DNA from: a virus
DNA length: 64,000 nt
Direction: 5' to 3' (one strand)
IMG/VR virus record: IMGVR_UViG_3300042560_001229
Coordinates: 1-64,000 of that record
The translations under genes and the position numbers were made by a program. The notes beneath the pieces are model-generated. The model worked only from the letters and a program-made list of their open reading frames with translations. It was not told the DNA's origin and did no database searches. Within the stretch, counting starts at the first letter, position 1; every line of letters starts with the position of its first letter. Positions 48,312 through 56,548 of the stretch are shown here, in pieces.

Positions 48312-50492
48312 ATGTCAAACCCAACCGTAACCATTGATCTGCTGGGCAATCTTGCTCCGCTGAATCAGTCACTCGGCAGGGCGCGAGATGCTCTTGGCCG
48401 TTTCGTGAAGCAGGGCACTATGGGCAGTCGTGCCGGTGGTGGCGGTGGTAGCCGTGGTGTGCAGACTGTCAGCGTGTTTGGAAGCGGAGGCGGTGGCGCT
48501 GGCCGAGGCGGTGGAGGAGGCGGTGGAGCAGGCTCCGATGATGACGGAGGCATGAACCTCGGTGGCCTTATTGGCAAGGCAGGCTCGGCATTGGCTGCAC
48601 TTTACGCACTCAAGAAGGGTGTGGACTTTGTTGGTGCAGGCATTTCGCTGAACGCACAGATGGAGGATGCCAAGACTAGCATCGCCACAATGCTGGGCAT
48701 GTTCGGGGATGATCGTGGATTCGGTGATCGCATGAAGGTTGCTGGCGGTGTAGTTGAGGAGATTAGGCAAAAGGGGTTGCTCGCGGAGGCGACGTTCAGT
48801 GAGTTGCTTAACACCTACGGAGCCATTGCAGGCACGGCCATTTCTGCCGGTGTCACGGAGGCGTCTGACCAGATTAACCTGATGGTGGCCGGGTCGCAGG
48901 CGTTGAAGGTGCTGAATGGCGACCAAGCAAACCTCGCCGCAGAGTTGAATCGTGCGTTGTCCGGTCAGTTGAAGACTGGTGACAAGCTGTTGCTCGTGAA
49001 CGGACTGACCAAGGATGCGATGAATAAGGCAATCAAGGAGGGTAACGCCTTGAAGTTCATCATGGAGAAGCTGGCCCCTGTCATTAAGGACGGCAAGGAG
49101 GGTCTGACAAATTGGGGGTCGCAGATAACGCTGTTGAAGGAGAACTGGCAGACTTTTCAATCGGCAGTCGCCGCCCCTATTTTTGACCATGCGAAGAATG
49201 CACTGATCTGGATTAACGAGAAGCTCGGGGTAATCACAGCAGAAGTAAAGGTGTGGGCTGGAACGGTGCAGGGTATCTTTGCCAATGGGGATGCCGGGTC
49301 TGTGCTTAGTCTGGCTCTGCAAATCGGAGCAGCCGATGGCATCGAGTATATGGCTGGCCTGCTCTTTGCGGTGTTCAGTGCCGCAGGTGAGGTTCTTTTG
49401 CGCTCGCTGGTTCGTCTTGGTGATGGTGATTTTTGGGTTGCGGTGGGGGACATCATGGTTGGCTTGGCTAAAGTGTTCCTTGGGACTATGGGAACGGTTG
49501 GCGCTTACCTTCTGGATGGCTTTGCCTCAGCGGTGGACTTTCTTGCAGCCGGGATGATGGTGGCTTCCGGGAAGTTCAAGAATGTGTTCAACTCGGACAC
49601 GGTTGGTAATGTGATGCTGTTTGCCGAGACGATGAGGGAAGCCATGCTTAACCCGCTGGCTGAGTTAGGCAAAGGTCTGATGACCGTCGCCAATTACTTT
49701 GCCCAAGCCATGAGTTCTGCGTTGAAGGGGGACTTTTCGGCCATAGGTGCCGTAGCGAAGCCCCTGTATGCGGCACTCAATCCGGTAACTTTCCTCCTTA
49801 GCGAAACAGCCAAGAAAGTGGCATCTGTTGCCAGTGGTGCTAAGGCAGGCATCACCATTGACGAAGCCTTGAAAGAATCCAAGGGAACCGGGAAGGACGT
49901 GTTGACGAGCATGGGTATTGATACCGGGAAGATGAAGGACATTAGCGGTGTCATTGCATCCAGCGGTGTTGAGCAAGCGGCCAAAGGTGCGGCTGCACGT
50001 TTGCAGCAGTTGAACGAGGACGTGGCGAATCCCATTGTTGACGCATTGACGAACTTCACGAAACCCGACATGATTGACACTTCGGCGCAGGAGAAAGCGT
50101 TGAAGGATAAGCTAGATGCTGCCAAGCCTCTTGAGTTTTTTGGCCCCGAGTGGGATGGGCGCAAGCCGATGACTAAGGCCAAGGAGAATGGCGATGGCGA
50201 TGGTGACAAGACTGTGGCAGACAGTCTCGCCTCCATTGGTGGTGGCGGTAATGTGTGGGGCGGTGGCAGCGGCATGTCCGAAGTGCAGGAGCAGACCGCC
50301 GCCGTGAAGGAGCAGGTAGTTGCCGCAGGGCAGCAGACCGTTGCGGTGCAGGCACAGACGACTGCCGTGCAGGAGCAGTCCAGTCACACCAAGATACTGG
50401 TGGACGTTATGCGTGACTCCTATGCTGCGCTGCTGAACATCGTGGAAAATACCAAGAACCGGGGCGGGTTCTCCCTAACCGCATCCGCATAA
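48312..50492 (+). CDS. tape measure protein
   Basis: 726 aa, Ala/Gly-rich helical, follows TAC. Confidence 0.85.
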   Translation: MSNPTVTIDLLGNLAPLNQSLGRARDALGRFVKQGTMGSRAGGGGGSRGVQTVSVFGSGGGGAGRGGGGGGGAGSDDDGGMNLGGLIGKAGSALAALYALKKGVDFVGAGISLNAQMEDAKTSIATMLGMFGDDRGFGDRMKVAGGVVEEIRQKGLLAEATFSELLNTYGAIAGTAISAGVTEASDQINLMVAGSQALKVLNGDQANLAAELNRALSGQLKTGDKLLLVNGLTKDAMNKAIKEGNALKFIMEKLAPVIKDGKEGLTNWGSQITLLKENWQTFQSAVAAPIFDHAKNALIWINEKLGVITAEVKVWAGTVQGIFANGDAGSVLSLALQIGAADGIEYMAGLLFAVFSAAGEVLLRSLVRLGDGDFWVAVGDIMVGLAKVFLGTMGTVGAYLLDGFASAVDFLAAGMMVASGKFKNVFNSDTVGNVMLFAETMREAMLNPLAELGKGLMTVANYFAQAMSSALKGDFSAIGAVAKPLYAALNPVTFLLSETAKKVASVASGAKAGITIDEALKESKGTGKDVLTSMGIDTGKMKDISGVIASSGVEQAAKGAAARLQQLNEDVANPIVDALTNFTKPDMIDTSAQEKALKDKLDAAKPLEFFGPEWDGRKPMTKAKENGDGDGDKTVADSLASIGGGGNVWGGGSGMSEVQEQTAAVKEQVVAAGQQTVAVQAQTTAVQEQSSHTKILVDVMRDSYAALLNIVENTKNRGGFSLTASA

Positions 50493-50495
50493 TTT

Positions 50496-51215
50496 ATGTC
50501 AACGCCCATTTGGATAGGAACCGACCTTGCTGGCTACTTGCTGGAGGATGTCCCTGCGACCATTGATATTGACGAGTCCGGGGTTGCCAAAGGTTCGTTG
50601 ACCTTTACATCGAGATACGACGGTGCGGTTGGGCTGGTGCTGGCTGTAACCGAGCATCCCACCTACCCGTGGTTGCAGCGAACGACGGCCACGGTAACAC
50701 GCGAGGAGGGTGATTCGGCCAAAATCGTGGTGAACTACGAAGGCGTCACACCAAGTCCCGGTGACGAGGAAGTGCCTGCTGAGAGGAAGCAGTATTCGTT
50801 GAAGGTGACTGCCGGGAATGAACCCATCGAGACGCACCCGCAGTTCTTTGCCATGATTACAAACTTTCGTGCGATCATTGACAAGGAGGATGACAAGTTC
50901 AAAGGATTCCCGGCGTATCTGGACGCGGAGAAGACGCAGAGGAATCCGATGGCTGGGGTCAAGAATTACCTAGTGCCCGGTCTGATTTATGAGGAGAGCT
51001 ATACCGACCCCGATGGCAATGTGGATTTGGGTGCATTATTCGGCACAATGGGGGCAATAAGCGTTCCACCCAGCAGCGGCGTTCTTCCGAACATCCCCGG
51101 TAGGAACTGGCTGATGGTTGGCGGCAGCGTCTCCAAGGTGGGCGATGGGTTGAAGGTGACGCGAAGCTGGCGCATGAGCGGTGACGACGGCTGGAATCCC
51201 TCCATCTACCTTTAA
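50496..51215 (+). CDS. putative distal tail/hub protein
   Basis: Follows TMP; EPIETHP..RNWL..W..S..GW. Confidence 0.6.
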   Translation: MSTPIWIGTDLAGYLLEDVPATIDIDESGVAKGSLTFTSRYDGAVGLVLAVTEHPTYPWLQRTTATVTREEGDSAKIVVNYEGVTPSPGDEEVPAERKQYSLKVTAGNEPIETHPQFFAMITNFRAIIDKEDDKFKGFPAYLDAEKTQRNPMAGVKNYLVPGLIYEESYTDPDGNVDLGALFGTMGAISVPPSSGVLPNIPGRNWLMVGGSVSKVGDGLKVTRSWRMSGDDGWNPSIYL

Positions 51216-51220
51216 GTGCC

Positions 51221-51745
51221 GTGAGTATTAAGATGCCAGTGTTCAAGTGCAGTGAGAAGGCGTTGGAAGACGCGCTGAACCTGCTGGCTCGTGGAATTGA
51301 AACTGTTGCAAACCGCTCCACGATAAACACGGCAGGCGGGCTGCTGTTCAGGCAGGACGAGTCAGGGGTAACTCTGGAGGAGATGCCCGATGAGGACACG
51401 TCTGGAAGGCATGACTCGCCCTACGAGATGGGAACCACGGCTTACGGCAGTGATGACCCCGAGAACCCGACAGCCCGGCCTGCGCTGACGAGCGCCATGA
51501 CGGACACCGGCATCGTGGGTATTCAGCCACTCGACTACGTTGGCAGTGACCCGACGTTTGGATTCAATGTGCAGGTAGTGACTCGCAGGATTTTTTACAA
51601 CCCGGCGTCTGGTGCTTTCGATGTCCGAATGTTTGTCCGTGACCTTATTTTTGATTCCAAAGGCAGGCTCTACAAGATCACCGCCGAGAAGATAGTGGAG
51701 GAGTCCAACATTGTTGGCACCGGCAGTAACGGAGGAGGAATATGA
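51221..51745 (+). CDS. putative tail tip protein
   Basis: Synteny. Confidence 0.5.
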   Translation: MSIKMPVFKCSEKALEDALNLLARGIETVANRSTINTAGGLLFRQDESGVTLEEMPDEDTSGRHDSPYEMGTTAYGSDDPENPTARPALTSAMTDTGIVGIQPLDYVGSDPTFGFNVQVVTRRIFYNPASGAFDVRMFVRDLIFDSKGRLYKITAEKIVEESNIVGTGSNGGGI

Positions 51746-52536
51746 TTGCCCTCTATTCGTGGAAGTATCGGCAGGGGACGTTCTCGTTGAGCAATTCCCG
51801 GATATGGACTGCGAGTGTCCACTACGCCCTTCGAGCAGGGATGAGGCCTGTGCTTGTGGCCGATGAGGTTGGCGTCCGTTACCTTGCAGATGGCTTGAAG
51901 CTGCCCTTTGCCGAAGTCCTGCCGCTGCCCGCCATTCCTGATGAGCTTGTGCATGTGTATGATCTGACCAAGCTGACCGCGTTGCAGATAATTGCGGAGC
52001 GGGGAGAGCCTGTGATTCACGTTGACCATGATGCCTTCATTCGCCGACCGCTCCCGAAGCGCATTCTGGAGGCTCCCTATGCCGCTGAGTTCAGATACCG
52101 CCCAAGTCAGGACGCCGCCAGTCTGCATGGGTCGCTGCCTGTCCCACGGTTTGCAGGGGATTTGCCAACCGGATTGATGGCAGGAATCATGGGCGGTAAT
52201 GCCACTGAAAGAATCGTAGCGGTGTGTCGTGAATCGTTGCGGGTGGCTCTCGACCAACGGAACAGGCGAATGCTGGTTCAGGAGCCAAACGGCTTCCTGC
52301 TCTCCACAATCTTCGGTGAACTGGCTTTCGGTGAGGCATTCCCTGACGCCGAGGAGTTGCTCCCGAGAGGGCCGTCTGTGCAGGAGGACTACTACAAGGT
52401 GGGGTATATGCACGCTGCTGGCTTGAAGAAGGATGCCGGAACGCGGTGTGAGATGCTGGAGTTTTTCAAGGCCGACATGCCGGAGGTTTTCGCAGCCACG
52501 CTTCCCGCCTTCGACTCCTACCACACAGGGCGATAG
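51742..52536 (+). CDS. GT-A-like glycosyltransferase (DUF6734-like)
   Basis: KL.A...EPVIHVDHDAFI DxD, AGIMGG, GYMH. Confidence 0.6.
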   Translation: MIALYSWKYRQGTFSLSNSRIWTASVHYALRAGMRPVLVADEVGVRYLADGLKLPFAEVLPLPAIPDELVHVYDLTKLTALQIIAERGEPVIHVDHDAFIRRPLPKRILEAPYAAEFRYRPSQDAASLHGSLPVPRFAGDLPTGLMAGIMGGNATERIVAVCRESLRVALDQRNRRMLVQEPNGFLLSTIFGELAFGEAFPDAEELLPRGPSVQEDYYKVGYMHAAGLKKDAGTRCEMLEFFKADMPEVFAATLPAFDSYHTGR

Positions 52537-52565
52537 TTGTTTTGAAACCGTTGCAAAATTTTCTT

Positions 52566-52602
52566 TTGACAACGAATCAGTAAGGAGGCAGGCTGGTGGC
52601 CT
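52566..52602 (+). promoter_or_regulatory. Conserved promoter with upstream palindrome
   Basis: TTGACA-ACGAATC, 17 bp, CAGGCT; ATG 52603. Confidence 0.85.
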
Positions 52603-52845
52603 ATGAGCAAATCCACCAAGCAAGTCACGCAGGCCGAGTATCTCGACCATTGCACCCGCGCCAGCCGCACCTTCCATACGCAGGACAGTTCCACCGGAGT
52701 TCCCGAATCCCGCTGGCCGCTGGTCTGCAACTGGTTCGACGGCTACAACGGCAACACACCCATCAATCCGCGTGAGGCTGGCCGCGTCGTCTATCTGGAG
52801 GATGGCAGCAAGCAGTGGTTCATCAATGAGGAGGCGCAGCCGTGA
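52603..52845 (+). CDS. hypothetical protein
   Basis: Follows promoter. Confidence 0.7.
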   Translation: MSKSTKQVTQAEYLDHCTRASRTFHTQDSSTGVPESRWPLVCNWFDGYNGNTPINPREAGRVVYLEDGSKQWFINEEAQP

Positions 52846-53069
52846 CCATTGCCGAAGCCAAGGCGGATGTTGCCAAGCGGTTGAAGGAACACACGCTTCC
52901 CTACCTTCGGCTGCGAGCACGAACGGTTGGGTTCTACGGGTTCGGCTACGGCGAGGCGATCTTCGTTGACATCTTCTTCACCACCCCGCCGTCTGCTGGC
53001 TGGAAGGAGCGGGTGTTTGGTGATGTCCCGAAACCCAGCGCCGGAGGCTATATCCCACGAAGCGCATGA
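52842..53069 (+). CDS. hypothetical protein
   Basis: GTGA overlap. Confidence 0.6.
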   Translation: MTIAEAKADVAKRLKEHTLPYLRLRARTVGFYGFGYGEAIFVDIFFTTPPSAGWKERVFGDVPKPSAGGYIPRSA

Positions 53070-53692
53070 ATCCGATTCTCGAAATGTCCAAGCAAGTTGC
53101 CTGCCCCAAGTGCGGCGGAATCATGGGCAGGATTACCGGAGCGGAGAAGCAGGGCGACCGTAGTGAAGTAGCCTGCCCGCACTGTGGGTGGAGTGGAACA
53201 GCGGAAGTCGTCTCGGAGCGGCTGGAGGTTTTCGAGTGGGGCTTTGACGGCGGTGCCCGCACGGTCATCTGGAACGTGGCCAAGATGCGCCGCTTCCTAC
53301 TCAAGCACGCGGAGAAGATTCCCGTCCATGAAGTGCCGTGGATGCTGGCCGAGAAATGGCTGGAGATGAACGACTTCTCCCCTACCGATGCTGACCCACC
53401 ATCCGTGGCTGGGGACACGCCGCTGATCGTCATTGAGCATCCCTCGGCCATCGCGGAAGTCCGCGAGCATTTTGGACTCCTGCCCATTGATGGCTGGCAC
53501 CGGATGTTCGACGCGGTAAAGGCGAAGCGAAACCTGCGGGCGTGGATTTGCAAGACCGCGCTGGAGCAGAAGTTTCGGATGCTGGACATCGTGCATGTGG
53601 ACAACGGCGAGGGTGCTTTTGCGACGGAGACGCCCACGAACACGCAACTGGAAACGTGGGACAGGCAGGAACCCATTCTGCACCGACCATGA
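53066..53692 (+). CDS. zinc ribbon + ParB/Srx-like domain protein
   Basis: CPKC, CPHC; PLIVI..IDGWHR. Confidence 0.6.
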   Translation: MNPILEMSKQVACPKCGGIMGRITGAEKQGDRSEVACPHCGWSGTAEVVSERLEVFEWGFDGGARTVIWNVAKMRRFLLKHAEKIPVHEVPWMLAEKWLEMNDFSPTDADPPSVAGDTPLIVIEHPSAIAEVREHFGLLPIDGWHRMFDAVKAKRNLRAWICKTALEQKFRMLDIVHVDNGEGAFATETPTNTQLETWDRQEPILHRP

Positions 53693-53961
53693 GCAACTAC
53701 GTTTCCCGAGCATGGCTGCAATCCGTGGCCGCAGAGTTCCGCATTCAGATGAGCGGGCTGGAGACGAAGAAGGAACTGACCGCAGCGCGGAAGATCATGG
53801 AGTCCTTCATGGCCTGCTGCTCTTGGCGGAATCCACGGTTCAGTAAGGAGAAGTTTCGAGAGGCGTCCGATTATGATCGCCCTCCGGTCAAGCGAAAGCG
53901 CACCCGGCGACCCTCCACCATTACTCAAGATCGCAAGCCCCGGCGCATTCTGGAAATTTGA
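53689..53961 (+). CDS. hypothetical protein, C-terminal KPRRILEI tag
   Basis: NPRFSKEKFREA; stop lies in palindrome. Confidence 0.7.
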   Translation: MSNYVSRAWLQSVAAEFRIQMSGLETKKELTAARKIMESFMACCSWRNPRFSKEKFREASDYDRPPVKRKRTRRPSTITQDRKPRRILEI

Positions 53962-53981
53962 AACTGTTGCAAAATAAACGA

Positions 53982-54019
53982 TTGACGATAAATCGGTTCT
54001 GTAAGAAGTTGCCGTTCTT
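53982..54019 (+). promoter_or_regulatory. Conserved promoter with upstream palindrome
   Basis: TTGACG-ATAAATC, 17 bp, GAAGTT; ATGAAATCCAC at 54020. Confidence 0.8.
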
Positions 54020-54038
54020 ATGAAATCCACCCCGCGTC

Positions 54039-54494
54039 ATGCCTTACCGACCTAACGCCCACAATCCAAGTAACGTCCCGCTGGAGCACTGGCAGCAACC
54101 CGGCTGGCGGCTGATGGACGCCGATGAAGTCGGGAGTCAGTTCACCACCCCGCTGCCCTTCACCCATCGCTGGAGTTCTCTCCGACAAAAATGGATGCGG
54201 CGTCGTCACAAGACCGAAATGTGGACAGCCTCCTCTCGGAATAACTCGTATCTCACGAAGCTGTCCCGCAACCGCATCCGCGCCCTGCGTGGTCTGCCCC
54301 GCGAGCACTTCCCACCGGATGTGCCGCCACGCCCCAGCACGTCCCTTGCACACTTGACCATCCCTGCGCCGACGATAGTGCCACCGCATACTCCACCATC
54401 GCCAGCGTTTCCGCATGTGCCTACGCCTGCGCCTCCACCGGAACCCGAGCCACCACTGCAACGCCGGAAACGCATCCGCAAGCTGGAGTGGTAA
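54039..54494 (+). CDS. GYRLL-type domain protein, Pro-rich, C-terminal RIRKLEW tag
   Basis: HNPSNV..PGWRLMDADEVG..YLTK..RALRGLPRE matches 20621. Confidence 0.75.
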   Translation: MPYRPNAHNPSNVPLEHWQQPGWRLMDADEVGSQFTTPLPFTHRWSSLRQKWMRRRHKTEMWTASSRNNSYLTKLSRNRIRALRGLPREHFPPDVPPRPSTSLAHLTIPAPTIVPPHTPPSPAFPHVPTPAPPPEPEPPLQRRKRIRKLEW

Positions 54495-54502
54495 CGCTGT
54501 GC

Positions 54503-54540
54503 TTGACTACAAATCAGTAACCTAGTAAGTTGTCCACCTT
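54503..54540 (+). promoter_or_regulatory. Conserved promoter (no palindrome)
   Basis: TTGACT-ACAAATC, 17 bp, TAAGTT; ATG 54541. Confidence 0.8.
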
Positions 54541-55263
54541 ATGAGCAGACCATCCATCCAAACCAAGAAAGGCTACGATATGTTTGAAGTATCGTCAGCA
54601 TTGCAGAAGTCCATCCGCCGAGGCATGGAGAAAGAAGCCCTGTATTGGGCGCACGAGTTGGTGCAGTCCAACTACCATAACTACCTTTGGAAGCGGCTGG
54701 CCATCGTCGCGGTGGAGGACATCGGCCCTGCCGACCCTGATGCCATCGTGCGGGTCATGGCCATGAAGCAGGCGTTTTACGACGAGAAGGAGAACAAGGG
54801 TGGTGGCACCCTGTTTTACGTGTCGGCGGTGATGCTGATGTGCCGTTCGCACAAGTCGCGCCTGTGGGATTGGGCAACGTGCAGCATGCTGGCTTCCCAC
54901 AATCGTCGGGCCGAGGACATTCCCGACTTCGCCATTGATAAGCACACGCGCAGGGGCAAGATGATGGGTAGGGGACGCGATCACTTTTTGAAGGAGGGCA
55001 CCAAGCTGCATCCTCACAAGACCCAACCCGGCGAGGAGGAGTTGAAGCAGGAAACCATGCTGCTGTGGGATGACAAGTCCGAGGCCGAGCACGCCGCCCT
55101 TCCTCACAATCACAAAGATCGCGCCAAGGGTTCGGTGCCCACCGACTCTGATGAAGGAGTCACCGGACGCTTCCCTATCGGGGCGTCTGATGAAGGCCCA
55201 AGGGTGCGGACGAAGAAACGCCGCCGCACCGCCGCCGAGGCTGAACTGGACTTCGGCAAATGA
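54541..55263 (+). CDS. RarA/MgsA C-terminal-domain protein lacking the ATPase
   Basis: SALQKSIRRG..ALYW..RL..AVEDIG.ADP; no Walker A. Confidence 0.8.
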   Translation: MSRPSIQTKKGYDMFEVSSALQKSIRRGMEKEALYWAHELVQSNYHNYLWKRLAIVAVEDIGPADPDAIVRVMAMKQAFYDEKENKGGGTLFYVSAVMLMCRSHKSRLWDWATCSMLASHNRRAEDIPDFAIDKHTRRGKMMGRGRDHFLKEGTKLHPHKTQPGEEELKQETMLLWDDKSEAEHAALPHNHKDRAKGSVPTDSDEGVTGRFPIGASDEGPRVRTKKRRRTAAEAELDFGK

Positions 55264-55832
55264 ACCAGACGCCGTGGGTCATCCGCACCGTGGCCGTCAA
55301 GGCCACAACTTCTGAGCCGGTGCCCAAGGCCGACTGGCGCAAGGGCACGGTGCGGCGTTACTCTATGGTAGAGCCGGGTGAGTATAGCATTGTGGAGAAA
55401 CCCGGCCTCGTCCATCGCAGCGGTTGGTTCGGCATTGTGAAGGGAGAGAACACGCTAACCCATATCCCTACCGGGAGGGGTTTGAACATTGGCCACCGGC
55501 TGAACCATGAGCAGTGCAAACGATACGGGGAATGGCTGGCTGAGTTGGAGCCGAATGAGGCGTTCTGGAACCGGAACATGGAGAGTTGGGATGATGAGAA
55601 GATAGGCAGGCGCAAACGTCCCTTTCGTAAGACGCTGACTGACTACCTGTATTGGCTGACCACCGATGACCCCTGCTGTGAGCCAGCAGCCTGTGAGTTC
55701 TGCCAAGGCACCGGAGCCGCTGGCGAGTGGAGCACGAATGTATTTGGCGAATGGGTATGGCAGTGCGTTGGTGTCCCATGCTCACTCTGCAACGGATTGG
55801 GTGTAACTCCGGCACACAATGAGGGTCTTTAG
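55260..55832 (+). CDS. hypothetical protein with DnaJ-type Cys motifs
   Basis: LTHIPTG; CEFCQGTG, CSLCNGLG. Confidence 0.65.
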   Translation: MNQTPWVIRTVAVKATTSEPVPKADWRKGTVRRYSMVEPGEYSIVEKPGLVHRSGWFGIVKGENTLTHIPTGRGLNIGHRLNHEQCKRYGEWLAELEPNEAFWNRNMESWDDEKIGRRKRPFRKTLTDYLYWLTTDDPCCEPAACEFCQGTGAAGEWSTNVFGEWVWQCVGVPCSLCNGLGVTPAHNEGL

Positions 55833-55965
55833 AAGTGAGTTTTCCTTGGCCAAAAAGAGTCCTCCTAGTTGTTTTGGTGGCCTTTCCCACCATCCACCCT
55901 CTTGTGAGCGCAAACGATGGTTTCCAGCGAAATGAGTCTTTTTTGCAACTGTTGCAAAATAATCG

Positions 55966-56001
55966 TTGACGATGAATCGGTTTTGCACTAAGTTCGTGGC
56001 C
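55966..56001 (+). promoter_or_regulatory. Conserved promoter with upstream palindrome, near-identical to 2086
   Basis: GTTGCAAAATAATCGTTGACGATGAATCGGTTTTG shared; -10 TAAGTT; ATG 56002. Confidence 0.88.
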
Positions 56002-56346
56002 ATGAGCAAATACACCCCGATCAGTGAAGACCAAATGGATGCCGTATTTCAGCCCGCAAAGGGCTGGACGAAGACCGCCACCCAAAACGGGCACGGCGAG
56101 TTCGTGTATCAGTATCGCACCAACTTCAACCCGGCCTTCGTCGTGAAGGTCTATTCGTCCGTGTCGGCCAGCCGTCAGGTCAGCCGCAAGGTGGGTCTGG
56201 ATGCCATCCGGGTCTGCGCGGTGAACACTGTGACCGACCGTGGCCTTATCAAATCCGCCCGCATCCACCGCACCGCTGGCTGGGAAGCCCGCGTGCGGGA
56301 GCGCGTCCTCGCCACCCTCACCGCCCTTAAAGCCCGCCGCGCATGA
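56002..56346 (+). CDS. conserved phage hypothetical protein
   Basis: VKVYSS..SR.VG.DAIRV..RIHRT.GW. Confidence 0.75.
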   Translation: MSKYTPISEDQMDAVFQPAKGWTKTATQNGHGEFVYQYRTNFNPAFVVKVYSSVSASRQVSRKVGLDAIRVCAVNTVTDRGLIKSARIHRTAGWEARVRERVLATLTALKARRA

Positions 56347-56474
56347 AAGACGCAATCTCCAAGCAAGTCGGCCCGCCCTACTCCACCAGCCGCTCGTTCG
56401 AGAAGGCCATGAAGAAGCGCACCCATAAGAAACGCCGTCAGGAAGGCCGCAAAGCCTGCACGAAAAATCTCTGA

Positions 56475-56548
56475 TTGACTACGAATCAGTCAGCAGCTAC
56501 CTTTCCACTTCACCGCAGTTACAACCGCAAACCATAGAAATCGAAGAT
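56475..56548 (+). promoter_or_regulatory. Conserved promoter + leader shared with 59880
   Basis: TTGACT-ACGAATCAGTCA, TACCTT; leader TTCACCGCAGTTACAACC. Confidence 0.8.

Noticed and set aside
48420-48550. GGN-rich repeat in the TMP
   Set aside because: Simply encodes a poly-Gly linker
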